Shown: positions 12,336 through 26,625 of the stretch, in pieces
Position numbering within the stretch: position 1 is the first letter of the stretch
Layout: each line of letters opens with the position of its first letter
The notes under the pieces: generated by a model
Told to the model about the DNA's origin: nothing
The model's input: the letters and a program-made list of their open reading frames with translations, nothing else
Database searches by the model: none
Assembly: GCA_964016885.1 (NCBI GenBank)
Contig: OZ024745.1
Coordinates: 52,824,001 to 52,888,000 of the forward strand
Reading direction: 5' to 3'
DNA: 64,000 nucleotides
Origin: Eledone cirrhosa
Lineage: Eukaryota
Position numbers and translations under genes: made by a program

Positions 12336-13305
12336 TAATATATATATAGAGGGCTATTGGTTATCCCGGAGCTGTTGGCTATTTAAGAAGGTACTCGCTA
12401 AAAACCCATATCTCGGGAACCTGTGCTCCAATTTACGCGAAACTTGTGTTATCCCATTTGTATTCCCGTTTCAGTGGCAACATCCTTTCAAAGTATTTTC
12501 GCATCATGCGCCATTTTGGCTGCATTAAATTACAAACACACAATCACACAGTTTAAAAAGGTTATCTATCTAGATAAACTTTTTAAACATTTGCACACAG
12601 ACCAAGGGTAATCTTTCAAAAAAATTACTCTTTTGTACTCAAATGTCCGGACACCTCCCCCAAAGCTCTACTTGATACTATTGTATTTGCAAATTTATGA
12701 CAAGAATAAAGATAAACATTAGTGATGAACTAAGAACATAATGGACAGAAGAACAAACGCTCAATACTAATTAGTGGCGGTTCAACTGGGGGGTAATAAT
12801 AATTATATTTTTCTTCCCAAACTACCAAAACACACATCTATTTGTATATGCGCTACAATTTATGTACATGTTATGTTGAGACAGATGGGAGGGATATATA
12901 CAGAGGGGGAGGAGTTTGGTGGTAATTGATATAGAGAAGGTTCGGAAACTGCGTTGTATATTATATATAGAAAGGGGGAGAGATTGATGTTTATTGCTTG
13001 AGACAGAGAGAGGAATTTGCAGAGTCCTGTGTAGTAGATATACAAAGGGGGAGAGTTTGGCGTTAATTGATATAAATTTCTATTTATTTGCCACCAGGGC
13101 ATCAAAGATTGGGACAAATACAAAGGGGGAGTTTACATACATTTAAAAAGACGTGTAAAAAAAATATAACAAATTAAATTTAGTCCTCAATAGAGAGGGG
13201 CGTTGACATGGGTCGCACACAGCCCCGAAAAATTGAGCAACCCTCCTCTTCAGGAGCACAAAGAGCGAGTGCTTCCTTCCTCTTCTCATTCTTCTCCTCT
13301 CTCAC

Positions 13306-16300
13306 CTACAGGCTGATATAGAGAGAAGGCCCATTCACTCGGGCCATTCTCGCTACTTTCACCCACCTTTCATAAAACTTGCTGGGGTAGAGCACCTCTC
13401 TCTCCATTCTGATCTTTCTTCTAAAGTGGTACTTGAAAAAAAAGACCAGTTGTTGGCCGGAGAGAAAGGTGTCTGACCTCAGCCCTTTCAACCTTGTCCA
13501 CCATACAACTTCTTTCGCCATAGCTATCACACAGAGGAAAACCGCCTCTCCTTCGTTTTTGAAAGGGGAGGCGGTTTGATCGTGACAATGTTCTCGGTGG
13601 TCAACCGGATTTGTCCCACCCGCGACAGTAGTCGTTCCACATAGCCCCACAGGTCAGCAACGCCCGGGCAGTGTACGAATGCGTGTGCGACGGTTTTCTC
13701 GTCACGCACGCATCTCGGAAAGATATTCGAGGGGTCCCTACCCGGGTGCCCGTGTCTGTAGAGCTTGTCCCGAACGGGTAGAGCTCCTCGGTAACATTGC
13801 CAAGCCAGGGACTTTTGGAAGTTGTCCATCGGTCTCGGGCCAAACGTCCTACCGAACAGACTGGCCAGCTCGTCTTCCTCCATGCGCAGAGCCTCTCCGA
13901 GAGCCTCGTCGCACTTACTGCCCACCAACCCTCTATAGAATGTTGAGGTTGAGTCTCCACTGATTGCCGGATCCGCTTGCCAGAGGGCCGTGAGCGCCTG
14001 GGCATATTCAATGTGCCAGTCGCCCACTTTTCTCGGTCTTTGCTTGACTCAGGATTGCAGCTCCGTGAGTGAGACGAGTCTCGGAAAGGCTCGCCTCACA
14101 AACAGGGCCCACACCGGCTGACCGGTGAGGAATACCTGGAGGTGCCGTAGCCTTAATGCGTGTCTACGCATCGTCAGCCACGGCATCCCCAGCCCTCCGT
14201 TCGAAGGGTGTTGACAGCAGATGGATCTTCTCACCAAAGGAGCCCGCTTCTTCCTAAGAAATCAGAAGAGCGCGCGCTCCATTTTGGCGAGTGTTTTCTC
14301 TGGGCAAGGCACGACGGTCAAGCGGTAGTAGATGACGGACGCTATATAAGCGTTCGCCACCTCCGCTCGACCTTTCAGGGATAGTTTGCAATCGGCCCAC
14401 TTCTGGGCGAGTGCAAACACCTTACCCGTTACCGCGTCCCAGTTTTTCTCCACCTGGAGGTCCGGTCCAAACCAGACCCCGAGCAGCTTCACCGGTCCCT
14501 CGGTCCAGCGTCCGACGATGCCGTCGGTGGGAATCGTTTTGCCCCACCACGTCCCGAGTTGCAAACCGACGGACTTGTCCCGGTTCAGCTTGGCTCCTGT
14601 GAACCTTTCATATTCCTCCAGTAAGGTGCCGATCTGCCCGATTTCCGAGGTGCACGACACCATTACTGTCACGTCATCTGCGTAGGCCGACACCGCTTTC
14701 CGCAATCCCGGTTCCAAGGGGATGCCCTGCAACAGCTCCAGCTTCCGCAGTAGTGGCTCGAGAGCCAGCACATACAGGAGGGAGGAGAGTGGGCATCCCT
14801 GTCGGATGGATCGTGTGATTTGGAACAGCTCCGAGAGGTAGCCGTTCACCTTGACCCTCGAGCAGGTGTTGCTGCTGTGCATTGCAGCAATCCAGCCATT
14901 GAAAACGGGACCGAAGCCTGCCGCTGCGAGCACCGCATCCAGGTACCGATGGTAAACCCTATCGAACGCCTTGAAATTGATCCAAGTTGATCAGGGCCCC
15001 ACCAAAGCCGGGTTCGTTCCCTACCCTCTCTACGATGTATCGCATGAGGTGGGGGTTGTCGTGTATGGACCTGGACGGGATTGCGCATGTCTGCGCTTCT
15101 CCCACCAGGTTCCCGACGACAAGCGCCAACCTCTTCGCTAACACGTTGGCCAAAATCTTTAACTCTGTGTTTAGCAGAGTTATGGGCCTGAAGTTATCTA
15201 TGTCATCCCCCTTGTTCTCGTCCTTCCTCACCAGCGTGACTACGCCCTTGCTTACAGAACTGGGAATTCACCCGTTCTGTTGCCAGTTGCAGTAGACCGC
15301 CTCGAGGAGACTGGAGAACAAACCCGGCATCGCTACATAAAGTTCGTATGATAGACCATCGAGACCCGGAGATTTGCTTTTGCCGCATTGGCTCAGCGCT
15401 TCCCCTATTTCAGCGGCTGAAATCGGCCTCTCGCAGGATTTCATCTCCTCGTCCGAGAGCCGCGCCAGACCGTCGAGGTCTGGACCGAAATACATGGCCC
15501 CACCCGGCCCGCCGCCAATCCCGAACAGGTTCAAGTATCACGCGTCCATCCTGGTCCTTCAAAGACCGAATCGTGGACTTGTTTCCACTTTTTGCCTATG
15601 TCACTCGGGCCCAGCTAACAGCTTTGGCTCCCTCATTACCCAGAGCACGTATTTTACTCCTGGCAACGCAGCCCTCGTGCTTCGCATCAAAGAACTGGTC
15701 TAGGGCCGTTCAAGACGCCAGCAAGCCGGCCACGTTGCCACTCCTAATCGCCTCTTCTACTCTATTTGTTAATTCCCTTTCAGTTCTATTCCTATCTGAT
15801 GCTAATACCCGACTAAAACCTATCGATTCTATTCTAATTTCTCTCTTGAGAGAGACCCACCACCTGCTGTTGACAATTGCCCCCGTCAAACGCTGCTTAA
15901 CTAGTGTGCTAATCCGCTTACTATAAGCTTTGTTTGTCGGTAAAGACATGTTTAGCTTCCAGTAACCGGGTCCCTGTCTATGAGTTCTATCAAGGTTTAC
16001 CACTCCGGTCACCAACTTGTGATCCGAATAGTCAACCATGAACATTCGTGGACAGCTTAATATGTCCCTATCCTTATTTCTAACTAGGAACCTATCTAGG
16101 TACCACCTAGATTTTCTGCTGCGATTACTCAACGTCCACCGTGGCACAGTCGGAAAATCTAGTCGATATCTATCAGCCGATTAATCGTTTGAGGCTGTTA
16201 CACCCCCCTCTATCGGGACATGCCCCTACATAGTCCCAACGTGCATCCAGGATACCATTCCAGTCCCCCACTAAAAGCAAGGAGCGAGACGTTCCCAGGA

Positions 16301-16551
16301 AATTCTCCAGGCGTCGGAAGAAGTCCGGTCGCGGTGTCCCAGATGGGGCATACGCTGCCACCAGCCTGAAAGCTCCACCTTCACCACTGCCGACGTTTAA
16401 AACCACCAGTCGACCCTCCGGGTCCAGGTGTACCTCTGTGTTGCAAGACCCAGGTATTTTCGCAGCAGAACGACAACCCCACCCCCACCCCTCGGCTGAC
16501 AGAGAGATGCGTAGATCTCAAAGTCGTCGAAGATGGGGGCCTGTTGGCCAT
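13306..16551 (-). pseudogene. Tx1 ORF2 (APE endonuclease + reverse transcriptase), frameshifted
   Basis: LLVGDWNG, YLDRFLV, YSDHKLV, GPGYWKLN, KSPGLDGL, FRPITLLN, RQGCPLS, AYADDV, CVRDEKTVAHAFVHC spread over several ORF pieces. Confidence 0.9.
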
Positions 16552-16593
16552 GTTGGAGCTGAAGAGTTAAAAAGGAAGAGGAAAGGAAATTAC

Positions 16594-18411
16594 TTACCTC
16601 TTCGTCTCCTGGAGACCAAGCTGCACAATTTCCATGGGGATGTTGGAAGGGTTGTTTGGTGGGGTGGTGGTTTGTGGTGGGGTGAGAACATCAGTGTGTG
16701 GTGGAATTATGGTGTTTGGTGGGGTGTGGGTGGCTGGTGTGGGGGGTGGGGATACATCTCAATAGGACGCTGTTATGTGGTTTGGTGCAGTTGGCCCCCA
16801 CATGCATTGGATAGTTCTTTTTCAAAGTTACATAGGTTTCCGTTGGCACCCTAATCATCATTAGGGGCGGTTTGTTCGCTGCGTAGGTGAAAGTGATCCC
16901 TTCGGTTTCCACCGAAGGGTTATTTTCTATCGCTTTCATCAACGTTTTATTGTTCTTGTTAATGTATGTATACAGTTTTTGTTGTGTTGTGTTTGTTTTT
17001 GTTTGTTGTTCTTGTGAGTGTTTGCGTTTTGTAGTATGTGTTATGTTTTGGGGAGGGGTGGGTTTTTTATTTGTGATGTTTGTTCTGTTTGTGCTGGTGG
17101 TTGTGTGTTTGTGGCATTTTTGTTAATGTGGTGCCTTTTTGTTTTCCTTTTCACCTGTTGAAAGGGTTCTCCCTCGTCGTCACTGGGTGACGTTGATACG
17201 GAGTCCTCTTACGTGTTGTTGGGGAGGGGTTTATTTGGAGGTTTTGTTGTGGTTGCTTTTGTATTTGTTTTAGGTGGGGAGGGGTTGGGTCGAACAGTGT
17301 TTTGTGTTATTATTTTTCCGTGTTGTTGTGGTTGTTGTTGTTGTTGTTGTGGTGGTGGTGGTGATGGTGGTGGTGGTTGTTTTGTGTTCGGGGTTGGCAG
17401 AAGAGCCTTTTTTTTTACTCGTTAATTGAGGACAGGCAGCCCTCGGGTGACCCCTGATTAAGCAGTGGTAACATGACGGCCGCCTTCCCTCCACTGAAAT
17501 GTTTATATAAGTTAGCCCGTCCAGAGGCACGCGTTGTGGGATATTCGATATTCGTTCTGGGCTCATTTTCACCAGAACTTCTACGCTGGTCCCACCGAAT
17601 ACACCTCCGGAGGACTTTCCTATTGAAATCATCTTGTCTTCGTCAAAGTCAATGATTCCACATAGTATCCACCAAATATTTACATTTGGTGTGATACTCA
17701 TTATTTTTATTCTTTGTGTCCTTTTTCCCCTGTATGTGGGGAAAAAGGTGAAGCGGGGACACACAATGGGTGATACCGAGTACTTGTGTGCTGTTGACTG
17801 GTTGTTCATTAGCACCGAAATGCTACCAAACAGTTTACCTTTTGTATGAAGGTTAAGTCCTTCATTGAATCTTTTAGAACCAGCTCAATGTCATTTTGTG
17901 ATAATTGAGCTGGTTTTCTTGTTTCGTTCGATATTGTCCTGAAAACTGTGGTTTTCAGGACAGCCTCTCTACGTAATTCCTGTGGAGAATTGATGCTAAA
18001 AGCACCGTTTTCGCCAAAACTCATGAATTGTTTTGCGTCTTGTAATAGTTGTTTAGCATTTGTTATGTCTATTGGCGTGTATAGTTAGTTTTTTTTTACA
18101 GTCTGTGCGAATGTTGTTTTGGTGTTGTTGTCTTTTTTGTTGCTGTCACTGTTGGTAATATTGTTCATGTTTTCCTTGGTGTTGCTATTGTTGCAGTTGT
18201 TGGTTGTGGTGTTATTGTCATTGTTCTTGTTGTTGGTGCTGGTATTATTTACCGGGTTTGGTTTCGTGGTTTCAATATTTGTTTTAACGTTTTTCGATAA
18301 TGCGAGGGGGGAAGGCTGCAAGCTTTGTACTCCTACCTTCCCTCCACCACTTTTCTTAGTGGGCGTGGCACTCACAACAGTGTGCGAGGTGGAAATGGCA
18401 TCCGTTGCCAC
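16594..18411 (-). pseudogene. Tx1 ORF1 (gag-like nucleic-acid-binding protein), disrupted
   Basis: N/T-rich N-terminus, zinc knuckle CYHCLIRGHPRAAC, C-terminus MEIVQLGLQETKR* similar to copy 2 GETVLPLREVR*. Confidence 0.8.
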
Positions 18412-19077
18412 CAGGTCTACACAGTTTTGAGATGAAATTGAAAATTTCGCCCCAGAAAGGGGCGAAAATTAGTTGACTCAACGTCTGACGGCCCAGGCAA
18501 GGGGTTAAACTAAACAATGCTATTAAATTGAGCAATGAACTCACAGTTTTTTTGACAATAATCCGTAAAAGTCCTGAGAAAAGTAATTCACGTCTATATC
18601 AAGTAGTAATTGATATAGAGAGTACCGTGTAGTACATATAGGTATGCGGATAACTTGATGGTTGTAGATATATATTGAGGGATAATCGGAGAGTGCCGTT
18701 TAGTAGATATAGAGAGGGTGAGAGTTTAGGGTTGATTGCTATACAGTGGGGGATCGGGACAGATAAGTGTAGATATGTATAGAGAGTGAGAGAGTATATT
18801 AGTCGCAGATGTAGAGAGTGGGATAAGTGAGGTGGTGTCGTGGTTTATCTTTAGAGAGGGGTAGATTATGGTTTTAGTAGATACAGGGAGGGTGATTAAA
18901 AGAGATTTTCTGTGATAGACATAGAGAGCAGGAGTATTTTGTGGCTCTGTCGGGTCCCAAATAATAGGAGGGGTAGCAATAATGGGATATGGGTGTCAGA
19001 AATCATTAATTGTATAGTGTACGTCCTTAAATATGGGATTTCTTTCAATTTTCTTCTTTTGTTATATATAATTTTTT

Positions 19078-19158
19078 AGGCAGTATCGGTAAGAGACGGA
19101 CGCCATGTTATGCAGCATAGAGTTGCAGTCATTTACGGTATGAGATCAAATCCCGCCG
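19078..19158 (+). mobile_element. 5' half of a tRNA-derived SINE, interrupted by the RTE
   Basis: GGCAGTATCGGTAAGAGACGGACGCCATG...GATCAAATCCCGCCG, then an abrupt switch to RTE sequence. Confidence 0.7.
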
Positions 19159-21962
19159 TTGTTAACGGGTGGTGTCAGAGCTATGCCGTCGGGAACTTCG
19201 GTTCCTGGTAGAACCACCCAAGGCGGATTGGTCTGGCACCCAGCGGTATTATGGTCCGCAAACCGGCAAAAGGGGCTCTGGTGAAAATCCAAGAGGTGTC
19301 TGTTCCGGTAACCGGCAGCTTCGGGTCGTTTCTGTCCCTGCGTCTGTGGAGAATCTGCGGCAAACAGGATGTTTTTTCCCCTCATTCGGGATATACATGC
19401 GGGTTTTATTGGGGACCGCTTGTGAATTTGCTACGCCCGTGACACTTCTTCCATGAATCCTACAAATTCGAACTATGAATACGAATTGCCTTCCCGCTAC
19501 GAACGCAATGCAAAACAACAGCGCCCCTACCGCTATGGCTCTACAGACTACCCCCGCAGTAGTCCCACTCTTCAGTCGATGGAAGGAATTGAGGGTGGCG
19601 TGCTGGAAGGTCCGAACACTTCGTGACGACGGTGTCCAGGCACTTACAATGGAGGCTCTGCACAGGTATTGCGTTAGTGTCATTTGCCTTTCAGAGGTTC
19701 GACTTCCCAATGTTGGTCATCTTCCGATCAAAGTTCCAGGCGAGGATATCTCCTACCACTTGTACCATAATGGCGTGACTGACAACAGTGGCCTTCACGG
19801 GGTCGCTGTAGCGCTCAGCCCCGATGCGCAAGCGGCTCTGCTGGCGTGGCAGTCGACCTCACACCGACTCGCGCTGGTTCGTTAGAAAGGTCAAATCTCC
19901 AACGTCAGCGTAATTGCCGTCTACGCTCCCATACTCAATGCGGACGAGGCGGACAAGACGCAATTCTATGCCGATCTCCAAACAACAGTGAATGGCCAGC
20001 CCTCCAGTGATGTTCTCATTGTCGCTGGGGACTAGAATGCGCGGACGGGGCCGGCTGATGATACAATACGGCATATTCTAGGACACTTCGCCCTAGGCGT
20101 ACGCTGTGACAATGGTGAACGGCTCGTGTCCTTCGCGGATGCCAATCGGCTTATCGTCACCAACACCCGGTTCCAACATCCTCGGCGTCACCTCGTCACG
20201 TGGTGATCCAATGACGGAAGAATGGCCAATCAGATTGACTACATCCTGGTCAGATCATTGATAGACTCGCGTGCGTGGGAGGAGGGGGGGGGGGGGTACG
20301 AGCAGTGAGCATGGGTCAGACCATACTCTTGTTCGAGAAGCCCTTCGTCTGAGGCTGCGGGCGAAACCTCCTCCCAACCGCCAGAAAAGGATCGACATCT
20401 CGCGACTCAAGCTCGATGCTGGAAATGATTTCCGGCTGAGCTGCGAAACCGATTCCAAATGCTGAGTAACGAAGTGGAACAGCAACCGGAGCAGGAGTGG
20501 AACACGCTCAGGGCGGCGACGGTTGAGGTGGCCACGGAGCCTATCGCATCAACCCAAAGACGCTATCGAGACTGGATCTCCGGCGACACCCTTGAACTCG
20601 TGGAGAGAGAGAGATTGGCCCGATTCGAGGGTGCACCCAATCTTCAGGATCTCCGACGTCACACATCCCGGGCTATTCGGGCCGATCGGAATGCACACTG
20701 GCTCGAATTTACGGAGCAGACGGAGAGGGCAGCAGCCTGTGGTGATTCGCGCAAGCTCTAGCAACTGGTGACGCGGGCCAGCTGAAGCAGTACGAGTATC
20801 AGTGAGACGATCCGTGATCGGAACGGGACGGTCATTACCAATGTTAATGACCGGCTAGTCCGATGGCGGGACATTTCTTCGAGCTGCTTAACCACCCGCC
20901 ACCGTCCACGCCAACCTACGTGCATTCTTCTTTTGGGTGCAGCACTGCCCCTCCAACGGTCGACGAGGTAAGTAGTGTCCTGACACATCTCCGGAACAAC
21001 AAGGCGACGGGCGAAGATGGAGTTCCAGATGAGGTCTACGAGGCCGAGCCTGCTGTCTTCGCAGCTTGGCTCCATCGAGGCATCTCCTCGGTGTGGGCGA
21101 CGAAGCGGTTCCCTGGTGACTGGAGCGAGGCAACTCTCCTACCCTTGTTCCAACTACAGGGGTATTAGTTTAATTGACGTTGCTGCCAAAACCTTCGCAA
21201 TGCTTCTGCTGAAGAAGTTCCTGGCCATCCGTGATATCCGTACCCGTCCTTCTCAGGGCGGCTTTCGTCCGGGGAGGGGGTGCGTTGATCAAATCTTCAT
21301 TCTCCGGCGTGTCCTGGAACAACGGTGGGCACATCAACAGCCTACCGTCCTCTGCTTCATCGACTTTGCAGCTGCCTTCGACTCGGTAGGTCGAGAAGCC
21401 CTACGGCGTATGATGCGGACGGCATCCCAGTGCTGCTGCTTCGTCTCATACAAGGCTACTACCGGTCAATTCGGGCTCGAGTGAGGGTCTATGGTGGGGT
21501 GACGTAGTCCTTCCATGTTTGGGCCGGTGTTCGGCAGGGGTGTGCGTTATCGCCAACTCTCTTTAACTAGGCCATTGACTACACTCTCAACATAGCGCTC
21601 CGGGATTATCCAGGCGTAGAGGTCGGGAGAGGGGTCGTGGTGACGGACCTGGCCTACGCGGATGACATCGTGCTGATGGGCGCTAACGGGACAGATGTAC
21701 AAGGTGCTCTCAAAAGGGTGCACACTGCAGCCGCCGCTGTTTTTCTACGAATCAATGCCGCCAAGTCGAAAGTCATGACGTCACTGGTCTCGCCTGATCC
21801 CTGGCAGCCAATATCTCTCGAGGGCGTGGACCTGGAGGATGTGGAGTCCTTCGTTTACCTGAGCTCAACAGTGGTTCCAACGGGACAGGGCGCAGCCGAG
21901 GTCAAGCGTCGCATAGGTGCTGCCAGATCCGCTTTTGCGCGCCTGCAGCGGTGTCTGTGGGA
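19159..21962 (+). mobile_element. RTE-clade LINE, decayed, 3' end missing
   Basis: GC-rich. APE motifs (LRVACWKVRTL, ICLSEVR, VYAP, QIDYIL, GSDH) and RT motifs (NYRGISL, QGGFRPGRGCVDQIF, FIDFAAAFDSV, GVRQGCALSP, LAYADDIV); many stops and frameshifts. Confidence 0.92.
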
Positions 21963-22954
21963 CATGATATATGTATATATATATATGCACTCCCATGTAC
22001 ATCAATACTCATCTTTTTCCATTTATCTGAGGGTTCTAAACCCCACTATCAGGCTAAAATTTATTTAGTCAAAAATACGGTGAAAGCTATTCTATTTTCT
22101 AATTTAAACCTGCTCACTGTTTCAAAACATACTTACTCGTCATATATATGTATGTGTGTATGTATATAGGAGATGAATAAATTGCATATTATATCAGTTT
22201 CTTTCCAAAAGTGAGGAATCTCTATATATTAACCCCTTAGGAAAGGGCACATAGAATTTGTTTTAAATTATATATATAGATGTGTGTGTGTGTTTGTGTG
22301 TGTGCGTGTGTGCGTGCGCGCGCGCACGCGTCTGTTTGTGTGTGTTTGTTTGGGTGTGTGTGACGTTAATTTAGTGGTTAATATTTTCAGCCCATCAGAT
22401 TAATGTGAGTGTGATTCATTCCAGAATCTCATGTCTTTGACGAGCAAGAAATTTTACTTTCTGTTGTTGAATTCTCTAGCCTGTGAGTATGCGTTGTTCC
22501 TGTAATTGAAAGGACAAGCTTTGTCACACATATTGTGACGCTGAATCCCCCAGAAAACTCCATTATTTGTTTGAGCGTTTTCGAAACAATCGAGTAATTC
22601 ACTTTAAAATCACGAGCACGCTATTGTATTTTCGAAACTACTTGAACATATGGAGATTTTACAACAACAAGAACGTATGGTTATATATGTATTCCTTTAT
22701 TTAATATTCTAATTAAACTGCGATTATCCAATAAATAAAAAAAACAGAAACCACGTACACACAGGTACAGCTATTCAATCGGAAATAACTTTTGCATTGA
22801 ACAAACAAGCAATCCTTCATTTTATCCGTACATGCACATACAAACAAAAACATCCACTTCCGGATAGAAAGCCTCACCGGAAATAAACTTTATAAGTACA
22901 CAATTTTCAGACGCCCAACACAACCCGATGAAGCATGTATGAATACTCATTTAC

Positions 22955-22993
22955 CTGTTCCAGCCGATTGGTTGAGGTTGTGCTGGGGCACCT
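22955..22993 (-). other. Candidate 39-nt internal exon of an unidentified host transcript
   Basis: Minus strand: polypyrimidine tract TCTTTCTTTCTCTCCCACAACTCTCTTTGGCGCTTTATAG, a GC-richer 39-nt segment open in all three frames (e.g. GAPAQPQPIGWN), then CAG|GTAAAT. Confidence 0.4.
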
Positions 22994-23829
22994 CTATAAA
23001 GCGCCAAAGAGAGTTGTGGGAGAGAAAGAAAGATAAGTTAGTTATTTTTATGTAACTGAAATATAACAAACAATTTACATATTTGAGAAAACTCAAATTT
23101 TGTACGCTGTATTTGCTTCTAATATGAATTGCACAGAATATGAGTGCACACTTCATTCGTTTGTACTCATAAACTTAAAGAAACATAACAATGTGTATCA
23201 TATAATCAGACAGCAGAACTATTAGTAAAAATGAATATAAATAAATACATTACAATTCCAATGAAACATCATAATAAATATAAACAAATATACTGGAACA
23301 TAAAGTAGCAAAAAAAATAAAATATTATGGTAAATATATCAAATTGACAAAAAATAAATTTAGTTTTGACTCAAAACTAAATTGTCACAGAAATTAAATA
23401 TATATTTCCTAACAATATTTATACGAGCAAGGTGGATTTATTTATTATCTATTTCTTTTTTTTTTATTTGCATCATTTTTTTAAACTTTTCAATATTTTT
23501 GATATAATTTACAGAGATATCTATTTACAGTCGAAATGTTTCTTTCTTCATCAAGTTCATCTATAAAACTCATGAGAAATAAAAACTTAATATATGATAA
23601 ATATATATTATTTTTATATATTGTTTAAATGTTAAAAAGTTAATTCGCAATATAAGCATGGCCAGTTTCCTTATCATCATTTATACAAATATTATGAATC
23701 TACCATATATTTTTTTCTTTTTCTTATTATTGTTATTATTTTAAAGTGTAAACGGGCTATAAATGAGATTTTATATAATTCTAGAATTTACTAAATTTAG
23801 CTGGTCGGCAACACATATCGCGTATCTAT

Positions 23830-23889
<60 letters not shown>

Positions 23890-23908
23890 CACAACGACCA
23901 CCACGACT
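23830..23908. repeat. (ACT)n trinucleotide microsatellite
   Basis: Direct reading. Confidence 0.95.
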
Positions 23909-25381
23909 AGTATTTCGTCTTTCGTCTATGTAGGATGCATAGACAGACGACAGCTTATATTGGACAGCTAGAAATTGGATATGTCGTCCTCGACGCGGAA
24001 ATCCTCTGGTATAAGATTAACATTTTTCGTCAGATGAAATTGATAAAGAATGTGAGAAAACTGATTTGAGTTATTAGAATCGACATGAAAAACAAAGAGT
24101 TGTCGATATAAATTAGTAGATTAGAGTTTTCTTCTGTGTAGAGAGGGAAAGGGATAGAGAGTGTGAGACCTTTGCAAATTGTTTGAAACGGTCAAATTAA
24201 GGCATCACTACCGAATTGATGACAACGTAAATGGTGCGTAGGCATTTGAACAGGTTTGCCTGGCCCTATATTGTACAGGGTTATCTAAATACAAATTGCG
24301 CAGTACTTTATTAATAGCTGAGATAAGATTATCTAGTCACATATTGCGTGGGTTGCCGTAAACTGCAGCGGCACTTTAGTAACGGGATAAGGTTATTGCA
24401 AACGGTAGAATAGTTGAAGCTGTCTCAACCGTGCTATTCGGAGACCTGTGAAGTTGTAAAAGAAAGATGATAATCAATGAATATTTTCCGGTCCAAACTC
24501 TATTGATAGATGAGTCTAGTCGCACAAGAATCATATTTCGCAAGTAGTGTAGATGGGCGTATATATACTTATGAAGTTTCAAGAAGTATTAGGCGTGACA
24601 TCTTGCTATGCATCGTAGAGTGTGGGAGTAATATGCCTGGAGGTGATTTACTTTGTTTTAATACTAAAATATGCCACAAAATCAAACGCCTCATTACCAT
24701 GAGAAACAAAATAAATTAATACTGTGGTCTCGGAGATGTTGGTTACAATCGGCTTGCTAGAAATAAAATGGAAATAGATTTAAAATCACACTCGATGTCT
24801 ATTTAAACATAGATAATATGAAATGAAGTAGTATTAAATGAAAACCTATGGTTACCGTTAGATTGTTTAGTACATAGGTTTGCTTGACACATCGAATGGA
24901 GTAACAATGAATGTTACGATTAAGCAAACGAGCATCGTGTAGTGAACCTATCTAGTTTGAATCAGTATTGGTACCTACTCAGTCTAAGAAAATATAGAAA
25001 CATGAATGTTAGAGCTCTTCGAAAAACCCATCTTGTATTAATGCAGTGTCAGTGAGATTGGAACTATGGGGTCGAAATGGATGAAACTGCAATCCAATGC
25101 ACAAGACAGAAAATGTTGATGATATATTATTGCATTGCTATATGCCTAATAAAATGTTCATAGCCTTTGAAATTATAATACAATGTCCTATTAAAAGTCC
25201 TACAGTTTTCGTAAAATAGCGAGTATATAATCATGTATCAAGCAATAACGTTTTAGATTTATCTCCGATAAGGGATCTTATTTTTTTTCCGCACCTGTCT
25301 TATCTGTATTACGAATACAATTTATATGTACGTCTGGCTCAGATTCAGAATGAAATTATTTATTAAAGCAATAATTAATAA

Positions 25382-25412
<31 letters not shown>

Positions 25413-26169
25413 CAGTCGCAGAGTAATCTGCACATAAATATCAGTATGTTAAACTAGGGTGTTTTGCGTAGTTTTTCAATAACTAAAATGTTCAGGTAAT
25501 TTTCGTAAGACCACAACTGTCTGCCTTAAAGTATGTTGAATCTAGTACATAAATAATATCTAGATAATACAGACCTAAAACAAAATAAAGGCACATTACG
25601 GTTTGGATGTCAGCAATAATACATACATTTGTGACAGACGACATGAGATTAAACAACAAAATCAAACAAAACAATACAAAACAACTTCTCTTCTCAAAAT
25701 CATATTATTTACCGACTTGGCTACTCAGTACGGGTGCTTCGAAATCATTGCTAGAAATAGCAGTCAAATGTTGTTCAGAAAATAGATTTATCGATTTATC
25801 GTCTAAATAAATTACGGCTACATCTTGAATATATTTGATTATTGGTCTATTAGAAGGGACTAAAATATGGTTATACGGCTTAAAAAATAATAAGTGAATT
25901 CTCTTAAATCATAACCTGTAAAAGAGAACAAGTACAGACAATTGTATTGAAGAGTTTTAGGTTAGCCACCGTACATGATATCTTGGCTTTGACTTATGAT
26001 CATAAGGTTGAATATATTATTTCAATGCAGTAGACTGAAAGGAATACGAATTCTGATTAATTGTAAATTCTATAACTTTCAGCATATTGTCAATATTTGT
26101 TACTATTTCCTATATATGTATATATGTATGTATGCATATAACTGTACGTATATGCATGTGGTTTATGGA

Positions 26170-26625
<456 letters not shown>

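Larger units (their letters stand above)
13075..18606 (-). mobile_element. Near full-length decayed L1-Tx1 clade LINE (copy 1)
   Basis: ORF1 with a CCHC knuckle and ORF2 with APE, RT and a C-terminal Zn motif. The 3' end CCCTGGTGGCAAATAAATAGAAA resembles that of copy 2. Candidate TSD TAATTGATATA (13064-13074 / 18607-18617) inside a degenerate GTAGATATA-containing tandem repeat. Confidence 0.9.

Noticed and set aside
12880-18940. GTAGATATA-containing repeats flanking Tx1 copy 1 as a CRISPR-like array or LTRs
   Set aside because: Degenerate minisatellite split by the LINE; no constant repeat/unique spacer pattern and no cas genes, in a eukaryotic context.
23941-23990. CAGACGA-CAGCT...AGCTA-GAAATTGG hammerhead-like motif
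   Set aside because: Core, stem III and stem I are all imperfect; at best a decayed relic.
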